In this document: one piece after another, positions 41,500-45,713 of the stretch
Numbering within the stretch: position 1 is the first letter of the stretch
Layout of the letters: every line of letters begins with the position of its first letter
Origin: a virus
Virus genome (UHGV): UHGV-0265688
Reading direction: 5' to 3' (one strand)
DNA: 45,713 nucleotides
Position numbers and translations under genes: made by a program
The notes under the pieces: generated by a model
The model's input: the letters and a program-made list of their open reading frames with translations, nothing else
What the model was told of the DNA's origin: nothing
The model's database searches: none

Positions 41500-41784
41500 A
41501 TGGAAATCAAATACAATGTTCAAGCCCCGCCCAAGAAATGTTTCAACGGTGGAGCCAAGAGTGAGGAAGTCAAAGCCATTGAAGATTTCCTGACCAGCGG
41601 AAATGTCAAGAATATGTGCTTTGAGTATGACACCGATAAAGAAGCCAAAACCAAACTTTCCACGGTTTCTTCCCACAAGCGCAAATGGAATGAGAAAAAC
41701 TCCAAAATGTATGACGCTTACCGAGTGGGTAACTGCATTTATATCATTCGTCTACGCAGTCAGGATATGAGAAAGCAATCGTGA
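41500..41784 (+). CDS. hypothetical protein
   Basis: RBS AAGAGGAGGTAATGTA then ATG. Confidence 0.45.
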   Translation: MEIKYNVQAPPKKCFNGGAKSEEVKAIEDFLTSGNVKNMCFEYDTDKEAKTKLSTVSSHKRKWNEKNSKMYDAYRVGNCIYIIRLRSQDMRKQS

Positions 41785-41800
41785 TAGGAGGACGAGGAGT

Positions 41801-42196
41801 ATGACGAATAAAAAGCTCGGCAACGATTTTGAGTCTGCTTTCTGTGAAATCCTCTTTGAACAAGGCTTCTGGTGTCACAACCTCGCTCAGAATCAGGCAG
41901 GTCAACCGGCAGATGTGATTGCGGTTAGAAATGGCAAAGCATATCTCATTGACTGTAAGGTGTGTTCGAGAGGAAGATTCACATTTTCCAGAATTGAGGA
42001 CAATCAGCACACTGCTATGGAAGCATGGCAGAACAGCGGAAATGATAAGGGTTGGTTCGCTCTCCTGTATTTAGACCATGTTCTCATGCTTGATTATGAA
42101 ACGCTGAAACGCCTTTCCAAGACCCAATCGAGTATAAACTTTGACGAAATGTGCTTTTACGGGTGCGCTCTGGAAGCGTGGGTGGTGTTCGCATGA
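41801..42196 (+). CDS. PD-(D/E)XK-family nuclease (putative Holliday-junction resolvase, RecU/Hjc-like)
   Basis: RBS GATAGGAGGACGAGGAGT then ATG. GNDFESAFCEIL then PADVIAVRNGKAYLIDCK fits the PD...(D/E)xK arrangement. Confidence 0.45.
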   Translation: MTNKKLGNDFESAFCEILFEQGFWCHNLAQNQAGQPADVIAVRNGKAYLIDCKVCSRGRFTFSRIEDNQHTAMEAWQNSGNDKGWFALLYLDHVLMLDYETLKRLSKTQSSINFDEMCFYGCALEAWVVFA

Positions 42197-43584
42197 TTAT
42201 CACCGTTTCCAACACACTCACAATCGAAAACCCATCGGCAGAAATGCAGATGTGGTGCAAAAAGCACTTGACGATTCCGAATCCAGATTTTCAGAAAAAA
42301 GCTCGCATGAATCTGTGGCTCGGTAACACCCCAAAGGTTCTCAGCCTGTATGAACAGAGAGGAAACATTCTTGTCCTGCCTTTTGGAACATTGAGAACAC
42401 TACCTGATTTTGTGAAGGAAAATGCCCTGTTTGTGGGCGATTTCCAAGCCCCTGAGAGGGTTTTGTATGGAGGGGTAGATATTCCCCTGTATGACTACCA
42501 AAAGGCCGCTGTGGACGCTGTGGCGGCTGGACAGTACGGTATTCTGCAAAGCCCCGCAGGTAGCGGTAAAACGCAGATGGGGATAGCTCTTGTAAAGCGA
42601 TTTGAAAAGAAAGCCCTCTGGCTAACCCATACGCTTGACCTGCTCAGACAGAGCAAGGAACGAGCGGAGCGATACATGGACAAACGGCTGATTGGCACAA
42701 TCACCGAGGGCAAGGTCAACATTGGAAGCGGTATCACATTCGCTACCATTCAGACCATGTGCAAGCTCGACCTCTCCCAGTATAAAGACCTGTGGGACAC
42801 CATCATTGTGGACGAGTGCCACCGCTGTTCCGGGACACCCACCGCCATGACGCAGTTTTACAAGGTTTTGAACAGTTTAGCGGCTCGACATAAAATCGGT
42901 CTCTCAGCTACCGTACACAGGTCAGACGGTATGATTGAAGCCACCTACGCACTTCTCGGTCATGTGATCTACACCGTTCCTGACGAAGCCGTTGGTGACA
43001 AGATCATGAAAGTCGGTATTCTCCCTGTCTCAACAGGAGTGGAGCTTGGACGAGCGTGTCTGAATACTGACGGTACGCTGAACTACTCGAAGCTGATTAC
43101 TTACCTCACCGAAAATCTTTGCCGGGAAGAAATTATCATCAACGCAATCAAGCTCAACGAGGGTAAGAGTTGCCTAATTCTCTCTGACAGGCTCAGTCAC
43201 TTAGAGCACCTTATGAGCTGGCTCCCGGCGCACATGAGACGGGACGCTGTGATGGTGAGCGGAAAAATGACAACGAAAAAGGGCAAGGCCGAACGGGAAA
43301 AAGCCATTGAGGATATGCGGGTAGGAAAGAAAAAGTACCTGTTCGCTACCTACTCACTGGCAAAAGAAGGTCTGGATATACCTTGCTTAGAGCGGCTGTT
43401 CCTCACTACACCTCAAAAGGATTATGCGGTGGTGACACAGAGCATTGGCAGAATCGCTCGTGTCTGCGAGGGCAAGTCAAACCCCATTGCCTATGATTTT
43501 GTTGACAATATCGCTTACCTTGTAAAGTCCTACAAGAAGCGTTGTACGACCTACCGTAAGAACGGTTGCTGTTTCGTGGAATAG
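42193..43584 (+). CDS. SF2 DNA helicase (DEAD/DEAH-like, Walker A SPAGSGKT, Walker B DECH)
   Basis: ATG 42193 overlapping the upstream stop. Motifs ILQSPAGSGKTQMG, IIVDECHRC, C-terminal helicase domain. Confidence 0.65.
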   Translation: MIITVSNTLTIENPSAEMQMWCKKHLTIPNPDFQKKARMNLWLGNTPKVLSLYEQRGNILVLPFGTLRTLPDFVKENALFVGDFQAPERVLYGGVDIPLYDYQKAAVDAVAAGQYGILQSPAGSGKTQMGIALVKRFEKKALWLTHTLDLLRQSKERAERYMDKRLIGTITEGKVNIGSGITFATIQTMCKLDLSQYKDLWDTIIVDECHRCSGTPTAMTQFYKVLNSLAARHKIGLSATVHRSDGMIEATYALLGHVIYTVPDEAVGDKIMKVGILPVSTGVELGRACLNTDGTLNYSKLITYLTENLCREEIIINAIKLNEGKSCLILSDRLSHLEHLMSWLPAHMRRDAVMVSGKMTTKKGKAEREKAIEDMRVGKKKYLFATYSLAKEGLDIPCLERLFLTTPQKDYAVVTQSIGRIARVCEGKSNPIAYDFVDNIAYLVKSYKKRCTTYRKNGCCFVE

Positions 43585-43595
43585 GAGGTGAGACA

Positions 43596-45713
43596 GTGAG
43601 ATTGATTGTTTACGATGTAGAGGTCTTTTGCGAAGACTGGCTGGTAGTCCTCAAGGATATGGGAAGCGGTAAATACACCGTTGTCCATAACGACAATGAG
43701 GTGTTGAAGCAGTGTATCACAGAGGACAACATCTATGTCGGATTTAACAGCAAGCACTACGATCAGTTCATCATCAAGGCAATCTGCTGTGGGTTTATCC
43801 CGCAGGAGGTGAAACAGGTCAACGATTACCTTATCGGCGGCGGTCAGGGCTGGGAATACCCACCTCTGAAAGACTTCTTTTTCCGCTTCAACAATGTGGA
43901 CATCAAAGACGATATGCAGATGGGCTTGTCCCTAAAGGCTATCGAAGGACACTTGGGGTTATCTGTTGAGGAGTCCACCGTACCCTTTGACATCGACAGG
44001 GCATTGACCGAAGCGGAGCTGAAAGAAACTGCCAAGTACTGTATGCACGATGTTGACACGACAGAGCGGCTGGTGGAGCTTCGGAAGGATTACCTCAAGA
44101 ACAAAATCCATATCGGAAAGCTCGCAGGTCTGGACGATGTGAAAGCGATGGGTATGACAAATGCGAAACTGACTGCGGCTCTGCTGAAAGCAACGAAGCA
44201 ACCCCATGATGATGAACGCAAATATGTGTACCCCGATCACCTCAAGCGTGAGTATATCCCGCAGGAAATCTTCGATTTCTTTGACAAGATGTATGACCCT
44301 GAGATTTCCGACAAGGAGCTGTTCAGCGACAAGCAGACCTTTTCCATTGGGGAGTGTCCGGGCGTTGTGGGGTACGGTGGGATTCATGCCGCCATTCCCA
44401 ACTACTTTTTCGAGGAAACCGCAGACCGGGTTATCCGCAACAAAGATGTGGCGAGCTACTATCCCCACCTCATGACACTGTGCGGCTACACCTCCCGCAA
44501 TATTCCTTCGGCGCAGGTCTTTGAAGATGTGCTGGAAACCAGAATGAAAGCCAAAGCAAGCGGTGATAAAGCCACTGCCAATGCGCTCAAGCTGGTTGTG
44601 AACACAACCTATGGCGCACTACTGAACAAGTACAACGACCTGTTTGACCCTCTGATGGGACGCTCTGTGTGTATCACCGGGCAGTTGTTCCTGCTGGAAT
44701 TGGCTGAACACCTCTACGCCGACATTCCGGGGCTGAAAATAGTTCAGCTCAATACAGACGGTATCATGGTCGAGTGCGACCGGACAGACCTTAGAAAGCT
44801 GGACGAAATCTGTGACGAATGGCAACAGCGGACAGGATTTGAGCTGGAAGAAGATTCCGTTGTGAAGATTGCGCAGAAAGATGTAAACAACTACATCGAA
44901 GTTCAGCCAAGCGGAGAGGTCAAGGAAAGAGGCGGCTATCTTGTCAAAGGTATCTCCAATGTGAGCGCATGGAAAATCAACAATTCCTGCTGTATCGTGG
45001 CAACCGCCCTCCGGGAGTATTTTGTCAACGGTACACCAGTGGAGGACACCATCAACTGCTGTGACGATATTTTCCAGTTTCAGATTATTGCAAAAGCTGG
45101 TGTGAAGTATCGTGAAGCATATCACCTTGTCGATGGTGAGCAAGTCCCGGTACAGCGAGTGAACCGTGTATATGCCACGGCAGACGAGCGGTACGGAAAA
45201 TTGTTCAAGGTAAAAGCCGAGAATGACTCCACCGCCAAAATAGAAATGCTCCCTGAGCATTGTATCATCGACAACGATAACCATTTAACCATCGCCGATG
45301 TGGACAAGCAGTTCTACATCGACATGGCGAAAAAGAGAGTCAATGACTTTTTGGGCATTAAACCCGAAAAGAAAAAATCAACGAGGAGGACAAAAACAAT
45401 GGCAACGACCACCAAGACAGAGAATGTCTATCAGAAGCTCATTAAGGCAAGAGAGCTGTTTCTCAACGCCGATGTCCAAAAGACTGGCAAGAATATGCAC
45501 CTGTCGTTCAAGTACTTCGAGTTGGACGATATTGTTCCCACCGCAATTCGCATTTTCTCAACAGTGGGACTTGTGCCGGTTGTGAATTTCACTACCGATA
45601 CTGCCACCATGACGATTGTGAGCACCGATAACCCGGAGGACACTGTGGCATTTGTGGCTCCGTTTAACCAGATCGCTCCTATTGTGAGCAACACCGGGAA
45701 ACAGGCTACCAAT
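43596..45713 (+). CDS. Family B DNA polymerase, 3'-truncated at the window end (at least 706 aa)
   Basis: GTG 43596 five nt after AGGAGGTGAG. Frame open to the end of the window and absent from the ORF track because it has no stop. Exo motifs YDVEVF, YVGFNSKHYDQF, KYCMHDVD. Polymerase motifs DVASYYPHLM (A), KLVVNTTYGAL (B, K...N..YG), LNTDGIMV (C, DTD-like). Confidence 0.7.
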   Translation, partial: MRLIVYDVEVFCEDWLVVLKDMGSGKYTVVHNDNEVLKQCITEDNIYVGFNSKHYDQFIIKAICCGFIPQEVKQVNDYLIGGGQGWEYPPLKDFFFRFNNVDIKDDMQMGLSLKAIEGHLGLSVEESTVPFDIDRALTEAELKETAKYCMHDVDTTERLVELRKDYLKNKIHIGKLAGLDDVKAMGMTNAKLTAALLKATKQPHDDERKYVYPDHLKREYIPQEIFDFFDKMYDPEISDKELFSDKQTFSIGECPGVVGYGGIHAAIPNYFFEETADRVIRNKDVASYYPHLMTLCGYTSRNIPSAQVFEDVLETRMKAKASGDKATANALKLVVNTTYGALLNKYNDLFDPLMGRSVCITGQLFLLELAEHLYADIPGLKIVQLNTDGIMVECDRTDLRKLDEICDEWQQRTGFELEEDSVVKIAQKDVNNYIEVQPSGEVKERGGYLVKGISNVSAWKINNSCCIVATALREYFVNGTPVEDTINCCDDIFQFQIIAKAGVKYREAYHLVDGEQVPVQRVNRVYATADERYGKLFKVKAENDSTAKIEMLPEHCIIDNDNHLTIADVDKQFYIDMAKKRVNDFLGIKPEKKKSTRRTKTMATTTKTENVYQKLIKARELFLNADVQKTGKNMHLSFKYFELDDIVPTAIRIFSTVGLVPVVNFTTDTATMTIVSTDNPEDTVAFVAPFNQIAPIVSNTGKQATN

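Noticed and set aside
43551-45307. Minus-strand ORFs (43551-43757, 43959-44468, 44619-45284 and others) and + frame-1 ORFs across 43.6-45.7 kb
   Set aside because: All lie within the frame-0 family-B DNA polymerase ORF that runs off the window. They were listed only because the real ORF has no stop inside the window.
1-45713. tRNA or other structured RNA genes
   Set aside because: No cloverleaf-like segment with a GTTCGA-type T-arm was spotted by eye. Cannot be excluded without tRNAscan or Infernal.

Overview
The window is an almost complete temperate siphovirus-type phage or prophage genome, about 45.7 kb. The host looks like a Firmicutes/Clostridia gut bacterium: AGGAGG ribosome-binding sites (RBS), ATGA/TTGA-coupled operons, nearly all genes on the + strand.

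Gene order:
- 1-10.4 kb: recombination and replication. YqaJ-type exonuclease, HD hydrolase, prim-pol primase, D5-type primase-helicase, many small Cys-rich proteins.
- 10.6-11.2 kb: terminase small subunit (TerS).
- 11.4-15.1 kb: a compositionally distinct cargo block ending in an HTH protein and a resolvase-type serine recombinase.
- 15.8-33.8 kb: structural genes. TerL, SPP1-like portal, scaffold, major capsid, connectors, major tail, G/G-T chaperone with a GGGAAAC -1 slip site, 1446-aa tape measure, tail tip proteins, tail fiber.
- 33.6-35.2 kb: a diversity-generating retroelement (VR/TR/RT) targeting the tail-fiber C-terminus.
- 36.2-37.8 kb: lysis (amidase-SH3b endolysin, holins).
- 37.9-39.5 kb: large serine recombinase (integrase), minus strand.
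- 39.5-40.3 kb: cI-like repressor / Cro switch with a perfect TTGACA-N17-TATAAT promoter.
- 40.4-45.7 kb: SLT lytic transglycosylase, a sigma region-2-like protein, a PD-(D/E)XK nuclease, an SF2 helicase and a family-B DNA polymerase that runs off the 3' end.

Observations outside standard phage annotation:
1. Three copies of a ~110-bp palindromic element with perfect 17-bp terminal inverted repeats sit at module junctions. Two of them directly abut the two serine recombinase genes and contain the stop codons of the preceding genes.
2. A promoter-driven MazF(EndoA-like)-Dam-ThyX island splits the two primase genes. The MazF has no antitoxin but carries a 45-aa C-terminal tail joined at a G9 tract. 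The Dam is frameshifted at a G7 tract.
3. Homologous leader hairpins with compensatory base changes precede terL and the portal gene.
4. The integrase has no canonical start codon upstream of its catalytic serine.

All calls rest on reading the six-frame track and the sequence by eye. No database searches were run.
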